Positions 1 through 9,609 of a stretch of 64,000 nt of DNA are shown one piece after another. Source of the DNA: Longimicrobiales bacterium (lineage in GTDB: Bacteria > Gemmatimonadota > Gemmatimonadetes > Longimicrobiales > Gaopeijiaceae). Position 1 is the stretch's first letter. Each line of letters opens with the position of its first letter. Made by a program: the position numbers and the translations under genes. A model generated the notes under the pieces. It did no database searches and was not told the origin of the DNA. It saw only the letters and a program-made list of their open reading frames with translations. The stretch is from positions 1,536,001 to 1,600,000 of the forward strand of contig CBDBCF010000001.1 in the NCBI GenBank assembly GCA_965202985.1. Direction: 5' to 3'.

Positions 1-841
1 GGCGCTCCGGCCACGAGTCGGCGATGGCTTGGCGCAGCGGGTCCGGGTCGTAGTCGATCTCGAAGCCGGGAACGTGCTGCTTGATCGCGGCGGCGAGCTC
101 GGCGGGGGTGAACTGCATAGCGGTGACGTTGAAGGCGTTCCGATGCGTCAGGGCCTCCGCCGGTGCCTCCATCAGCTCAAGCGCGGCGCGGACCGCATCG
201 GGCATGTACATCATGTCCAGCCGCGTGTCGGCGCGAAGAAAGCACCGGTAGCGTTCTCCGGCCGCGGCGGCGTGGAAGATCTCCACGGCGTAGTCGGTGG
301 TTCCGCCTCCGGGCGGCGCGCCGTACGACACCAGGCCGGGAAAGCGCAAGCCCCGCGCGTCCACGCCGTGGCGCCGGTGGTAGTAGTCGCATAGAAGCTC
401 GCCGGCCACCTTGGTGACCCCGTACATCGTAGCGGGCCGCTGCACGGCGACCTGCGGAGCCGGGTTCCGGGGACACCCGGACCCGAAGGCGGCGATCGAG
501 CTGGGCACGAACACCCGACATCCCTCCGCCGCAGCCGCCTGGAGCACGTTAAGAAGGCCGTCCATGTTGGTGCGGTACGCGGCCGCGGGGTCCGCCTCGG
601 CGGCGGCCGACAAGACGGCGGCCAGGTGAAAGACCGTCGTCGCGCCCGACTCCCGAACCGCGTCGTGCACGGCGGCCCGGTCCAGGCAGTCGATCCGGCG
701 CGCCGGAAAGTCGCCCGCCCAGCCCTCCGGGTCGCGGATGTCGGTGGCCAGCACCGCGTCCGGCCCGTGACGCTTCGCCAGCCGCGCCACCAGCGCGGAC
801 CCGATCTGGCCCGCCGCCCCCGTGACCAGGAACCGGCTCAC
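1..841 (-). CDS. NAD-dependent epimerase/dehydratase, probable L-threonine 3-dehydrogenase (SDR type); runs off the left edge
   Basis: Manual translation from GTG at 841: MSRFLVTGAAGQIG (Rossmann motif) ... MYGVTKVAGELLCDYY (YxxxK); start overlaps the upstream stop (GTGA). Confidence 0.85.
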   Translation of the reverse strand, partial: MSRFLVTGAAGQIGSALVARLAKRHGPDAVLATDIRDPEGWAGDFPARRIDCLDRAAVHDAVRESGATTVFHLAAVLSAAAEADPAAAYRTNMDGLLNVLQAAAAEGCRVFVPSSIAAFGSGCPRNPAPQVAVQRPATMYGVTKVAGELLCDYYHRRHGVDARGLRFPGLVSYGAPPGGGTTDYAVEIFHAAAAGERYRCFLRADTRLDMMYMPDAVRAALELMEAPAEALTHRNAFNVTAMQFTPAELAAAIKQHVPGFEIDYDPDPLRQAIADSWPER

Positions 842-1155
842 GCCTTTGGCGTCCACCGCTCGCTGTCGCGGGCTTCGTACTTCTCCATGGCGCGGGCGAA
901 CGCGCTCTCCAAGTCGATCTTCTGCTGGTTGGCCAGCGACACCAGCACGAAGAGCACATCGGCGATCTCGAGCTCCAGCTCCACAGGTGCCTCGTCGTCC
1001 CGCTTGGGCTTGGAGCCGAAGCGGTGATTGAGTTCCCGGGACAGCTCGCCGACCTCTTCCATCAGGCGCGCCAAGATCGCCAGGGGCGGCCAGTAGCCCT
1101 CTTCAAAGCGCCCGATCCACTGGTCCACCCGGTCCTGGGCCTCGCGGAACGTCAC
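838..1155 (-). CDS. MazG-like nucleotide pyrophosphohydrolase (YpjD-like)
   Basis: C-terminal part of ORF 838..2040: LARLMEEVGELSRE...LELEIADVLFVLVSLANQ; GTG start overlaps the upstream stop. Confidence 0.9.
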   Translation of the reverse strand: MTFREAQDRVDQWIGRFEEGYWPPLAILARLMEEVGELSRELNHRFGSKPKRDDEAPVELELEIADVLFVLVSLANQQKIDLESAFARAMEKYEARDSERWTPKA

Positions 1156-2171
1156 GGCTTGAGGACGATCTTGCCGAAGACCCGACCGGCCTCCAGGAGT
1201 TCGTGCGCCTTGCGGGCCTCGGCCAGCGGCAGGACGGCGTGGACCGGAGGCGACACCGCACCCGAGAACACCATGTGCATCGCCGCCCGGAACTCGGCCG
1301 GCGTGCCCATCGTGGAGCCCATCACGGTAAGCTGGCGCCAGAAGAGAACGCGCAGGTCCAAGGCGCCTTCGTGGCCGGTGGTGGCGCCGAAGCACACCAG
1401 GCGGCCGCCCACGGCCAGCGTCCGCACCAAGTCTCCGAAAATGGCCTTGCCCGCCGAGTCCAGGCACAGGTCCACACCGCGCTTGCCCGTGGCGCGGTAC
1501 ACATCCCGGCTCCAGGTGGGGGCGGTGCGGTCGAAGACGTGGTCGGCGCCCAGGTCGCGCACGTTCTTGGCGAACGTGGGCGAGGTGAGCGCGAAGACCT
1601 CCGCCCCAGCGGCCTTGGCGTACTGAATCGCCAGCGTGGAGACGCCGCCGCTGGCCCCCGTGATCAGGACGCGCTCCCCGGCGCGCAGCCGCCCCCTCGA
1701 CATGAGGCCGCGCCACGCCGTGACGCCCGCCAGAGAGGAGGCGGCCGCGGTCTCGGCCGTCACGCTGCCGGGGATCTCCACCACGTTGGCCGCGGGCACC
1801 ACGCAGTACTGGGCGAAGCCGCCCTGGGTGTGCTCGCCGGTCACCACGTAGGGCTGGGCGCGCGCGCCGTCCCATCGGGCCAGCTCGTACCAGCCGTACG
1901 AAATCGAGGGGTCCGCCACCACCCGCCTTCCCCGCCAAGCTCTGTCTACCCCCGACCCCGTCTCGGTCACCATGCCGGCCACGTCCGACCCGCCCACGTG
2001 CGGCATGGGAATCTCGACCGGCAGACCCCGCCGGAGCCACAGGTCCAGGTGGTTCAGCGACGAGGCCTCTACGCGAACCTGCACCTCGCCCGGCCCCGGC
2101 GAGGGCGTCTCCATCTCTTCGACGGCGACCACCTCCGGTCCGCCGTTCTTGTGAAAGACCGCAGCGAGCAT
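1152..2171 (-). CDS. Zinc-binding dehydrogenase / NADPH:quinone oxidoreductase (MDR family)
   Basis: MLAAVFHKNGGPEV..PGPGEVQVRVEASSLNHLD..GSDVAG..LITGASGGVS..GKIVL. Confidence 0.9.
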   Translation of the reverse strand: MLAAVFHKNGGPEVVAVEEMETPSPGPGEVQVRVEASSLNHLDLWLRRGLPVEIPMPHVGGSDVAGMVTETGSGVDRAWRGRRVVADPSISYGWYELARWDGARAQPYVVTGEHTQGGFAQYCVVPAANVVEIPGSVTAETAAASSLAGVTAWRGLMSRGRLRAGERVLITGASGGVSTLAIQYAKAAGAEVFALTSPTFAKNVRDLGADHVFDRTAPTWSRDVYRATGKRGVDLCLDSAGKAIFGDLVRTLAVGGRLVCFGATTGHEGALDLRVLFWRQLTVMGSTMGTPAEFRAAMHMVFSGAVSPPVHAVLPLAEARKAHELLEAGRVFGKIVLKP

Positions 2172-2393
2172 TCGTTCCGATGATGGAGGCGCAATGGGGC
2201 GGATTGGGCGCGGGGGCCGACCCGCCGGGCCAAGCCGTCGCACACGGGACAGAAAGATAGCCTCCGCTGGCAGGATCACCCCGCCGCGGCTTACCTTAGG
2301 CTGCGCTGGAGGGTCCCGCCGGCTCAGATCAGCCAGCGCTCGCACGGGTTGCCGACATCGGCGCTCCCAGCCACACAACCAAAGAGGCGCCTC

Positions 2394-2522
2394 ATGAAGT
2401 TCACGACAACTCGGGTCCCGGTGGTGGTCGCCGTCGCGGCCATAGCTTGGCCAGGAGGTCATCCGACGGCCCTTGGGCAGAAGGCGCGCCAAGGTTGCGT
2501 CCCCTTCTCGGGGTCCGCGTAG
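2394..2522 (+). CDS. Possible small secreted peptide or gene remnant (42 aa)
   Basis: AAAGAGG upstream of ATG; MKFTTTRVPVVVAVAAIAWPGG... looks like a signal peptide; shorter than the ORF-track cutoff. Confidence 0.3.
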   Translation: MKFTTTRVPVVVAVAAIAWPGGHPTALGQKARQGCVPFSGSA

Positions 2523-2649
2523 CATCGTCGGACTCTACGGACCACCGAATGACTTCTGGTTCGCCCCAGGCCGGGTACCTTGGTTTCACGCACGACATGG
2601 GCCTACGGCTTGTTGCCGTCCAACATCCTGCTCTTCGTAGACGCTGGAA

Positions 2650-3577
2650 ATGACTGACCACCTGTTACTGCTCGCGGTTTCGGTTGCGACTTTTGCTTCC
2701 TGCGCTACCTCCCGCGATGCTGCTTTGGTGGTGGCACGAGATAGTGCGGGAATCGAAATCGTCGAGAATTCGCAGGGGGCTTCGTCGAAGGTACCGCCAC
2801 GGCTGAGCCTGTCGGTCGAGCCAACACTTCAGATTGGAAGTCGAGGGGGCCACGAGACCGCTCTTCATCGCGTCGTCGGAACTACGCGACTTGCCGACGG
2901 TCGGATAGTCGTGGCGAACGCGGGCACTGGCGAACTCAGAGCCTTTGGTCCCGCTGGCGAGTTTGTCGATTTGGATGGCCGAACAATAGGCAAGGCAGGA
3001 AGCTGGCCGGGCACGAAATCTGTAATGAGGGTCGCTCGCGGCGACGTCGGGAGGCTGACCATTGCAACCGTGCTCGTGCCGTTCATGGACACGTTCGAGG
3101 CGGTGGTTCTGCGCGACGAGATCGTTGTAGCAAACAACCAGCGCATACGAGATGTACGTGCATGATGCGGCAGGTCGCCTGGTTCGGATCGTGCGCAAGA
3201 TCGTGGAGCCCCGAGCCGTGAGCTCGAAGGTCCGCAAAGACTGGGTGGAAGCACAAATGGCCGATGCCGCTGCCGGCGGTACAGGCCCGCGAACCCGCAG
3301 GCTGCATGAAGAGTTGCCGTTTCCGGCTACGATGCCGGCGTTTCGGTCGGTGGCGACGCAGAAAGGCGGGCGGCTTTGGGTGGAAACGCATCAACCGGAC
3401 AACGCCGGTCTGGGCGAGACGCTGTGGGACGTGTTCGACGAACAGGGCGCTCTGGAAGCCCAGGCAACGCTGCCGGCCGGCTTTCGTCCGCACGAGATCG
3501 GCTTGGATTACCTGCTTGGCGTCTGGAAGGACGAATTGGGAGTCGAGTACGTGCAGCTCTACGACCTGAAGTCTTGA
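2650..3577 (+). pseudogene. 6-bladed beta-propeller (NHL-like) lipoprotein, frameshifted and apparently internally deleted
   Basis: Lipobox FASC, RDSAGIEIVENS and DGRIVVANAG in 2650..3165; C-terminus GVWKDELGVEYVQLY in 3152..3577; frameshift near 3139; family GEGPGEF segment missing. Confidence 0.7.
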
Positions 3578-3640
3578 CCGGTCATCTGGCCAACTCCATG
3601 ATCGCGGCCTGAGGGTCTGTCGCCCATCGGGTATCGTGCC

Positions 3641-4768
3641 GTGAACGAGAGGGCCAGTCGTTGGCTCGTAGCCATATGCGGCGCTGCCGACTGGCTCGCG
3701 TGTTTCCCGGGCGCTCTGTTTGCGCAGTACCACATTGATCTGTCGCAAGCAGCCGTGGAGACGGTCGTCGGACCGCGCTTCGAGGGCGGATACTTCCATC
3801 GCATCGGGGACATCGTCGTCAACGAAGATGGGATCTGGGTGCTGGACTCGGGACAAGGCAAGATATGGCGCTTTGGCCACGATGGACGACCGCGAACCCA
3901 ATACGGCCGGCCCGGCTATGGGCCGGGCGAGTTCCTCAACCCCACAAAGCTGAATGTCGATACCGTGCTGGACGTACTGGACCCGCGCCAGGGCAGGATC
4001 GTTCGCTTCACGCTTGCCGGTGACCACATCGCTACCCGAACGACGCCGAAGGTTGCAAACACTCTGGGCATTCGCGTGCCGCCCCTGCTCGTAAGGCCCA
4101 TGAGCGACGGCACAACGGTTGCTGTCACGAGCGGATGGTACGCGCCGGAGCCGAGGTACAGCGACCCGTATGAACGAGTGCTGGTCGTGCGTCCCGGGAC
4201 CGACCAGCGGCCGGATACGGTCTTCAGCTATCACTTCGGCGGTGCTCGGTGGCGCGCTGGCAGGCACTTCGGAGGCGTGAACGTCCCATTTGGCAGCGCC
4301 GGTGCGGTGGACATCCTCGGCGACACGGCCCTTGTCGTTGCCGATGGCGTTGCCGGCGTCGTCTCCCTCCTTCGGATCGCAGAGGATGGGCTGGTTGTCG
4401 CAGACACGGTCGATATTCGCCTCAGGGGCGCGCCCACAACCGCCGAAGATGTTGACGACGTACGGTTCGCCCTGCGCGAGTCTCGCGGGACGCTGCCCAG
4501 GGGCGTCGTCATCGACATGCCCGAGTACTGGTCCGTCGCGAGCGCGGTCGTTGCTCTGCCGGACGGGACCGCGTGGGTGCGTCAAGCCGCAGGTGGGCGA
4601 CGCCAACAGTGGACAGTGGCGAGCTTCCATTCGCCGAACGTGTGGCGGATTGTGCTGCCGGAAAGCTTCGACCTGCTGGCAGTACATGGCCAGTATGTGT
4701 ACGGTGTGGCAAGGGACATTCTTGACGTGGAATGGGTGGGTCGAATCGAGGTTGGACCGTTTCCGTGA
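3641..4768 (+). CDS. Secreted 6-bladed beta-propeller protein
   Basis: Signal-like N-terminus; YGRPGYGPGEF; C-terminal GVARDILDVEWV typical of the family. Confidence 0.8.
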   Translation: MNERASRWLVAICGAADWLACFPGALFAQYHIDLSQAAVETVVGPRFEGGYFHRIGDIVVNEDGIWVLDSGQGKIWRFGHDGRPRTQYGRPGYGPGEFLNPTKLNVDTVLDVLDPRQGRIVRFTLAGDHIATRTTPKVANTLGIRVPPLLVRPMSDGTTVAVTSGWYAPEPRYSDPYERVLVVRPGTDQRPDTVFSYHFGGARWRAGRHFGGVNVPFGSAGAVDILGDTALVVADGVAGVVSLLRIAEDGLVVADTVDIRLRGAPTTAEDVDDVRFALRESRGTLPRGVVIDMPEYWSVASAVVALPDGTAWVRQAAGGRRQQWTVASFHSPNVWRIVLPESFDLLAVHGQYVYGVARDILDVEWVGRIEVGPFP

Positions 4769-4787
4769 ACACAGTAGCGCTGCCCGA

Positions 4788-5999
4788 ATGAAGTACACGG
4801 TCCTTCGGGTCCCGACGGCGGTCGCGGTCATGATCGTGGCCGCGGAACCAACGCCGTTGATGGCCTCCCGCCAGGCTCCCCAAGCACGCCCGGAAGTCGC
4901 AATGCGGCTGGCGGACGAGCCCGCGCTGCTGATCGGCGTGCAGGACGGTCCGGACGAGTACCTTCTGCACAACATCCAGGGAGCGGCCAGTCTCGCCGAT
5001 GGGAGTGTGGTCGTGGGCGTCAGCGGGTCGCATCAGATTCGCAAGTACGACTCGCAGGGCGTGCACTTGTGGAGCCAGGGGCGGTCCGGCGAAGGGCCGG
5101 GAGAGTACCAAGGCGTGAGGCTGTTGCGCGGCTGCACCAGCGATGAAATCACAGTCGCGTACGACATCTACAATCGCCGGGTCACCAAGCTCGACGGGCA
5201 AGGAAACCTGACCGCCGACTTTCCGCTTCAGTTCGAAGGCCTGCGTCCCCACGTGCTGGATTGCTCGTCGAGCGGACGCTTCGTCTTCTCCGCATGGGGC
5301 ACGCTACGGGCCGAGATGCCCGGGCCACACCGCTGGGAGGTTCCGATCGCGTTTACCGACAGCGCCGAGTCCGACATCGCCTTGCTTCGCGACGACGTTC
5401 CCGGTCAGGAACGAGTGCAGTACTTCGAGGACGATCAGAGGGCAATCAATGGGCCGCGGGTATGGGGTCGTCGCATCGTCCTGGGCGCCACCAACGCCGG
5501 GGCATGGCTGGGCACGGCAGACGACCACGAGCTCGAGTTCCTTGGATGGGACGGCGCCACGGTGCGGCGGCTTCGATGGGAGGGGCCGGACTTGGGCGTG
5601 ACCAGGGACGACGTAGAACGGCGTCGCGAGATCCTGCGCACCCAGTACGCCGGTCGCGATGATCCGAACTGGAGGGCCGCCTTCCAGCGCCGGTGGGACA
5701 GCGAGAGGGAGCTGTTGCCGTCGGTATTCCCCGCGTACTCGAGGGTTCTGGTGCCCAGGGACGGCGGCGTGTGGGTGGAGAGCTTTCGGCGGCCGGACCA
5801 GCCAGAGCGCGAGTGGCTTCTCTTCGACGGCGACGGCGCATGGACGGGCACGCTTTCGATGCCTGCGCGAAGGATTGTTCTGGATGCAGGCGCCGACTGG
5901 GTCTTGGTGCGGGAAACCGATGACGTGGGCGTACAGCGGATCGCCAAGTACGGGCTGGTGGCTTTCGCCCTGACCGCACCGCGTGCGTTGCCTCGTTAG
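4788..5999 (+). CDS. Secreted 6-bladed beta-propeller protein
   Basis: From MKYTVLRV; QGRSGEGPGEY; C-terminal ETDDVGVQRIAKY. Confidence 0.8.
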   Translation: MKYTVLRVPTAVAVMIVAAEPTPLMASRQAPQARPEVAMRLADEPALLIGVQDGPDEYLLHNIQGAASLADGSVVVGVSGSHQIRKYDSQGVHLWSQGRSGEGPGEYQGVRLLRGCTSDEITVAYDIYNRRVTKLDGQGNLTADFPLQFEGLRPHVLDCSSSGRFVFSAWGTLRAEMPGPHRWEVPIAFTDSAESDIALLRDDVPGQERVQYFEDDQRAINGPRVWGRRIVLGATNAGAWLGTADDHELEFLGWDGATVRRLRWEGPDLGVTRDDVERRREILRTQYAGRDDPNWRAAFQRRWDSERELLPSVFPAYSRVLVPRDGGVWVESFRRPDQPEREWLLFDGDGAWTGTLSMPARRIVLDAGADWVLVRETDDVGVQRIAKYGLVAFALTAPRALPR

Positions 6000-7093
6000 T
6001 AGCCGAGTCCGCTGACGTCGTACCAGTCGATCGCCCTGTCGGGGATTCCGTCTGCGTCGCCCTCGCCCACCGCCCGCTCTACCAGAGTCGCCAGCGTCTC
6101 GCCAAGGAGATCGAACCCGATCAGCCGGTCTCGGATGCGCACGCTGCCCTTGAAGTCGGTGCCGACGTAGATGTCGAAGTACGAATATCGATCGCGGTCA
6201 CGATTTGAGCCGACCCAAAGTCGCGCCCTGGAGTCGTAACGGAGGCTTCGTCCCGGAACGCGATCGATCTTAGGAGTTGCGGCGTACTGCTGCACGACCA
6301 CTTCGGGAACCGTGCCGCCGTACAGCAGTCCCATGCCCGTACGGTATTCCGCGATGTCGCGCTGGTTCGGCAGTTCGCCGGTGTATGTGGGGGCTCGGAC
6401 GAGCGTCGGCACCGCAACTTCGCCGGGAGCGTCAACAAAGGCCAAGTCGTGCTGGCACATTCCGAACACAAGCCAACCGCCGGGATGCCAGGCCCCTCGA
6501 GTGCCAAGGTCGTCCGAGTCGCAGTCGATGACTATGCCCAGCTCCGCCGGCGACGGAAGCTTCTCTTCCACCCGTGCAACTCCCGTGCCCAGCTCAATCC
6601 CCGCCAGCGTCATTCCGGCCGCGGACGGATCGAAGGCTGCCTCGAATCGCTCGGATACGCCTATGACCATCGCTTCGGTGGAACCGATGGCCATAAACTG
6701 AGGGGGCAGTCCGGCTTCACTCACGACGGCTCCGGTTGGACGAAAGATCGTTGCGCGGGCCGAGAGCCCGTCGATGACTCCCACGGTGGTTCCGGGCCCC
6801 TGGAAGACCTCCGACGGAAACTGAAACTCGCCGGGTCCCTCGCCTTCCCTGCCGAACACGCCGACGATCCTTGTCGAGCGGTCCACGCAGTGGACCTGGA
6901 ACTCGTAGGACACGATGACGCACGCCGTTTGCTCGTCCACCAACGCAAGGGACTCGTTACTGCTCAGCGGCACCGGTGCCGTGGCCACTGGCTGCATGGC
7001 AAGGACGGGATGGGGATGGGCATCGCGCCATGGTCCGCAACCAGCCGCCAACGTGCCGAGCGCCAGCAGCAGAACCACCGCGTCACGACTCAT
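5996..7093 (-). CDS. 6-bladed beta-propeller lipoprotein
   Basis: MSRDAVVLLLALGTLAAGC lipobox; FGREGEGPGEF. Confidence 0.8.
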   Translation of the reverse strand: MSRDAVVLLLALGTLAAGCGPWRDAHPHPVLAMQPVATAPVPLSSNESLALVDEQTACVIVSYEFQVHCVDRSTRIVGVFGREGEGPGEFQFPSEVFQGPGTTVGVIDGLSARATIFRPTGAVVSEAGLPPQFMAIGSTEAMVIGVSERFEAAFDPSAAGMTLAGIELGTGVARVEEKLPSPAELGIVIDCDSDDLGTRGAWHPGGWLVFGMCQHDLAFVDAPGEVAVPTLVRAPTYTGELPNQRDIAEYRTGMGLLYGGTVPEVVVQQYAATPKIDRVPGRSLRYDSRARLWVGSNRDRDRYSYFDIYVGTDFKGSVRIRDRLIGFDLLGETLATLVERAVGEGDADGIPDRAIDWYDVSGLGY

Positions 7094-7167
7094 CGCCACT
7101 GTTCCAGTTATGCGGCGACGGTGCCCTGGGGAGCGCTCGACCAGCTTCTCCTCCACGCGAGAGGCGG

Positions 7168-7659
7168 CTATTCGGTATTGCAGGGTCCGCCTCCCTTCTT
7201 GCACTCGCATAGCTTGTCGCACTTGGGGAAGTAGGTTCGTGCCTGGTCCAAGGTCATCTCTCCGTCATTGACCCTTGCAGTATAGTGACCGTGGCAGGTA
7301 CTCCAACAGTCCCTGGGCTCATCGAGCGTAAGGCTTACCTCCTGCCCTCCCGCGCCAACCGGAACCATCGCACAAGGAAGGGTTGCAACGATCGGTGCGA
7401 CGGAAGGCACCGTTGCGGCGGGTGTGGAAGTGGCTACTAGGCTGGCCCCCGCGCCGAACCAAGACGTCAAGTGGGTGGACACCTCCACATCGTCGCTTCC
7501 CGCCGTGCTTGTCGGCAGGACTGGTGTGCTCCCGGCAACGAGTACGGTCAGGGTCGCCAAGGCCGCGGTCTTGGCGAGGACCCTGGCGATGGCCGTCGGG
7601 ACAACCTTATTGGCGCTTCCGGTGGACACCGGGAGCGGGATCGCCAGGATCGTGCGCAT
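7168..7659 (-). CDS. Hypothetical secreted protein with a Cys-rich C-terminal peptide (twin CxxxC)
   Basis: Hydrophobic segment LAKTAALATLTVLVAG; C-terminus CWSTC-x24-CDKLCEC-x6-C; start uncertain. Confidence 0.55.
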   Translation of the reverse strand: MRTILAIPLPVSTGSANKVVPTAIARVLAKTAALATLTVLVAGSTPVLPTSTAGSDDVEVSTHLTSWFGAGASLVATSTPAATVPSVAPIVATLPCAMVPVGAGGQEVSLTLDEPRDCWSTCHGHYTARVNDGEMTLDQARTYFPKCDKLCECKKGGGPCNTE

Positions 7660-7788
7660 GGAGCAGAACAGGGTGTCAAGCATGGTGCGGTTCTTTCTCC
7701 CCTTGCTTGGGGAAACGGCGAAAGTGAGGCCCTCGCGGGGCCGATACAACCGAGTTTCGCGCTTGTTCCACCGTCCCGACATGTCGTT

Positions 7789-8322
7789 TCACGACGCTTG
7801 GTTGTCATTTCCATGCTTACTTCCGAGTCGACGGAGCGACAGGCCCATGAAGGTGTCGTCCACCGCTTTCCACGCCCAGTAGTCCAGAGAGGCTCTGGGG
7901 AGCTTGCTGTGGTTCCGTCCGGTCAGTCGCTTCGAGAACCGGCTCCAGCCGGTAGCATCGGCAAAGGCGAGGCGCCAAGCGATGCTGTCCGCGGTGACGC
8001 CCTCAAGCCGCAAGGCCATGCCGTGGAGAAAGCAGATCCATCGAAGGGCTCTGGAGTATGACCAGCCTAGCTTTAGGGCTGCGGTGGACAGATACGCTGG
8101 CCGAAGATGAAGTTTCGCCGCCACGTCGACGATCGACCGGACGTATTTTGGGAGGGATTGGCCTGGGACCGACGGGTCAAGCGTCACCAGGCCGGGGATA
8201 CCCCTTACGGGCTGGAAGGCCGCCAGCCGGAGCCCGCGCCGGGCAATCTCGGGGCCTGGACACGAGACCAGAAAGAACTCGGCGGCTTGGACGAACGACG
8301 CCGGCGGTGGTGCTTCGGCCAT
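7789..8322 (-). CDS. AraC-like helix-turn-helix regulator
   Basis: SIVDVAAKLHLRPAYLS and IAWRLAFADATGWSRFSKRLTG match the two AraC HTH halves. Confidence 0.7.
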   Translation of the reverse strand: MAEAPPPASFVQAAEFFLVSCPGPEIARRGLRLAAFQPVRGIPGLVTLDPSVPGQSLPKYVRSIVDVAAKLHLRPAYLSTAALKLGWSYSRALRWICFLHGMALRLEGVTADSIAWRLAFADATGWSRFSKRLTGRNHSKLPRASLDYWAWKAVDDTFMGLSLRRLGSKHGNDNQAS

Positions 8323-8429
8323 AGGTTCCTTGTGGAGAAGCTGGAGGGTTGGGCTGCGGAACAGGAGGCGACCACCGGGGTAAGGTGCCGCACAGCGTGG
8401 AAGTATCGCCTGCGGCTAGCTTTAGCGCC

Positions 8430-8855
8430 ATGGAAGGCACGACGACCGGCAAGGTGGCCGACGAGGCGCTCGACGGGCAAGAAGCAGACGCCCGCGCCAA
8501 GGCAGCGCCCGGCGAAGCGGAGGACGACCGGACGCTCGGGGGATACTTGGCCGTCCACGGTCGCCCGCCGGCGTTCGAAGCGTGCGACGGTCAGCCCTAC
8601 ACCGTGTCGTTGGAGACCGAGCGGTCGCCGGACTTGAAGGCCCCCGTGGCGGGGTACTTGGTCTTTCCTCGATGGGCGTCCACGGGACTGGGGGTCGTGG
8701 GTCACGTGGAGACACCGCTGCTGTGGCGGGGGCCGACGCGGGAGGCGGTCGTGACGGAGGCGGGCGGTACCAGCCTGCACGAGGTCCAGCGGTTGCTCGA
8801 CGAGGCCGTGGTCCGCCAAGCGCAGGGCGGCGCTGAAGCGAGTCCGGACCGGTGA
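8430..8855 (+). CDS. Hypothetical protein
   Basis: Host-like codon usage; TLGGYLAVHGRPPAFEACDGQPY; stop overlaps the queE start. Confidence 0.7.
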   Translation: MEGTTTGKVADEALDGQEADARAKAAPGEAEDDRTLGGYLAVHGRPPAFEACDGQPYTVSLETERSPDLKAPVAGYLVFPRWASTGLGVVGHVETPLLWRGPTREAVVTEAGGTSLHEVQRLLDEAVVRQAQGGAEASPDR

Positions 8856-9583
8856 CGGCGCTCGCGCCGAACGGCGGCCAGTCCCAAGGACGGACATCGA
8901 CACCTTCCAACCAGGCCGACTCGGTGCGGGTCACGGAGATCTTCCACTCGATTCAGGGCGAGTCCACGTGGGCGGGGTTGCCGTGCACCTTCGTGCGCCT
9001 GACGGGCTGTCCGTTGCGGTGCGTCTGGTGCGACACCGCCTACGCCTTTCACGGAGGCGCCAAGCGCAGCGTGCGCGAAGTCGTGGACGAGGTGGCGACG
9101 GTGGGCGGGGGTTGCCGCCTCGTCGAGATCACGGGCGGCGAGCCGCTGGTTCAGCCCGGCGCGGCGACGCTGGCCGCCGAGCTTCTGGACCGGGGCCACA
9201 CGGTGCTCGTGGAGACGTCCGGGGCCGTGGACGTGAGCGGCTTGGATGCGCGCGCGCACCGCATCATGGACCTCAAGTGTCCCGGTTCGGGAGAGTCCGG
9301 CCGGAACCTGTGGTCGAACTTGGACCACCTGACCGGGCGCGACGAGATCAAGTTCGTCGTGGCCGACCGGGAAGACTTGGAGTGGGTCGCCGACGTGGTG
9401 CGCCGCCACGGACTGGCCGGCCGGGTGAAGGCCGGGTCGCTGGGCGCCTTGCTCGTGTCGCCCGTGTGGGGCGTCGAGGGGCTGGACCAGTTGGCCGAAG
9501 CCGTGCTGGAGACGGGCCTGCCGTTCCGTCTGCAGACACAGCTGCACAAGCACATCTGGGGACCGACTCGCACCGGCGTCTAG
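8852..9583 (+). CDS. queE: 7-carboxy-7-deazaguanine synthase (radical SAM)
   Basis: EIFHSIQGE..FVRLTGCPLRCVWCDT..TGGEPL..QLHKHIW. Confidence 0.93.
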   Translation: MTALAPNGGQSQGRTSTPSNQADSVRVTEIFHSIQGESTWAGLPCTFVRLTGCPLRCVWCDTAYAFHGGAKRSVREVVDEVATVGGGCRLVEITGGEPLVQPGAATLAAELLDRGHTVLVETSGAVDVSGLDARAHRIMDLKCPGSGESGRNLWSNLDHLTGRDEIKFVVADREDLEWVADVVRRHGLAGRVKAGSLGALLVSPVWGVEGLDQLAEAVLETGLPFRLQTQLHKHIWGPTRTGV

Positions 9584-9609
9584 GGTTGCGCTGCGCCGGG
9601 CTGTCGCTC

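Noticed and set aside
838..1155. MazG-like gene as an abortive-infection effector
   Set aside because: It sits in a coupled housekeeping operon with host-like composition; typical YpjD-like house-cleaning enzyme.
7168..7659. c-type cytochrome call from CWSTCH
   Set aside because: Spacing is CX3CH rather than CXXCH, and the other Cys fit a disulfide pattern better; not fully excluded.
8852..9583. queE as part of a 7-deazaguanine DNA modification (Dpd) defence system
   Set aside because: No dpdA/tgt-like, folE, queC or queD neighbours; host-like context suggests ordinary queuosine synthesis.
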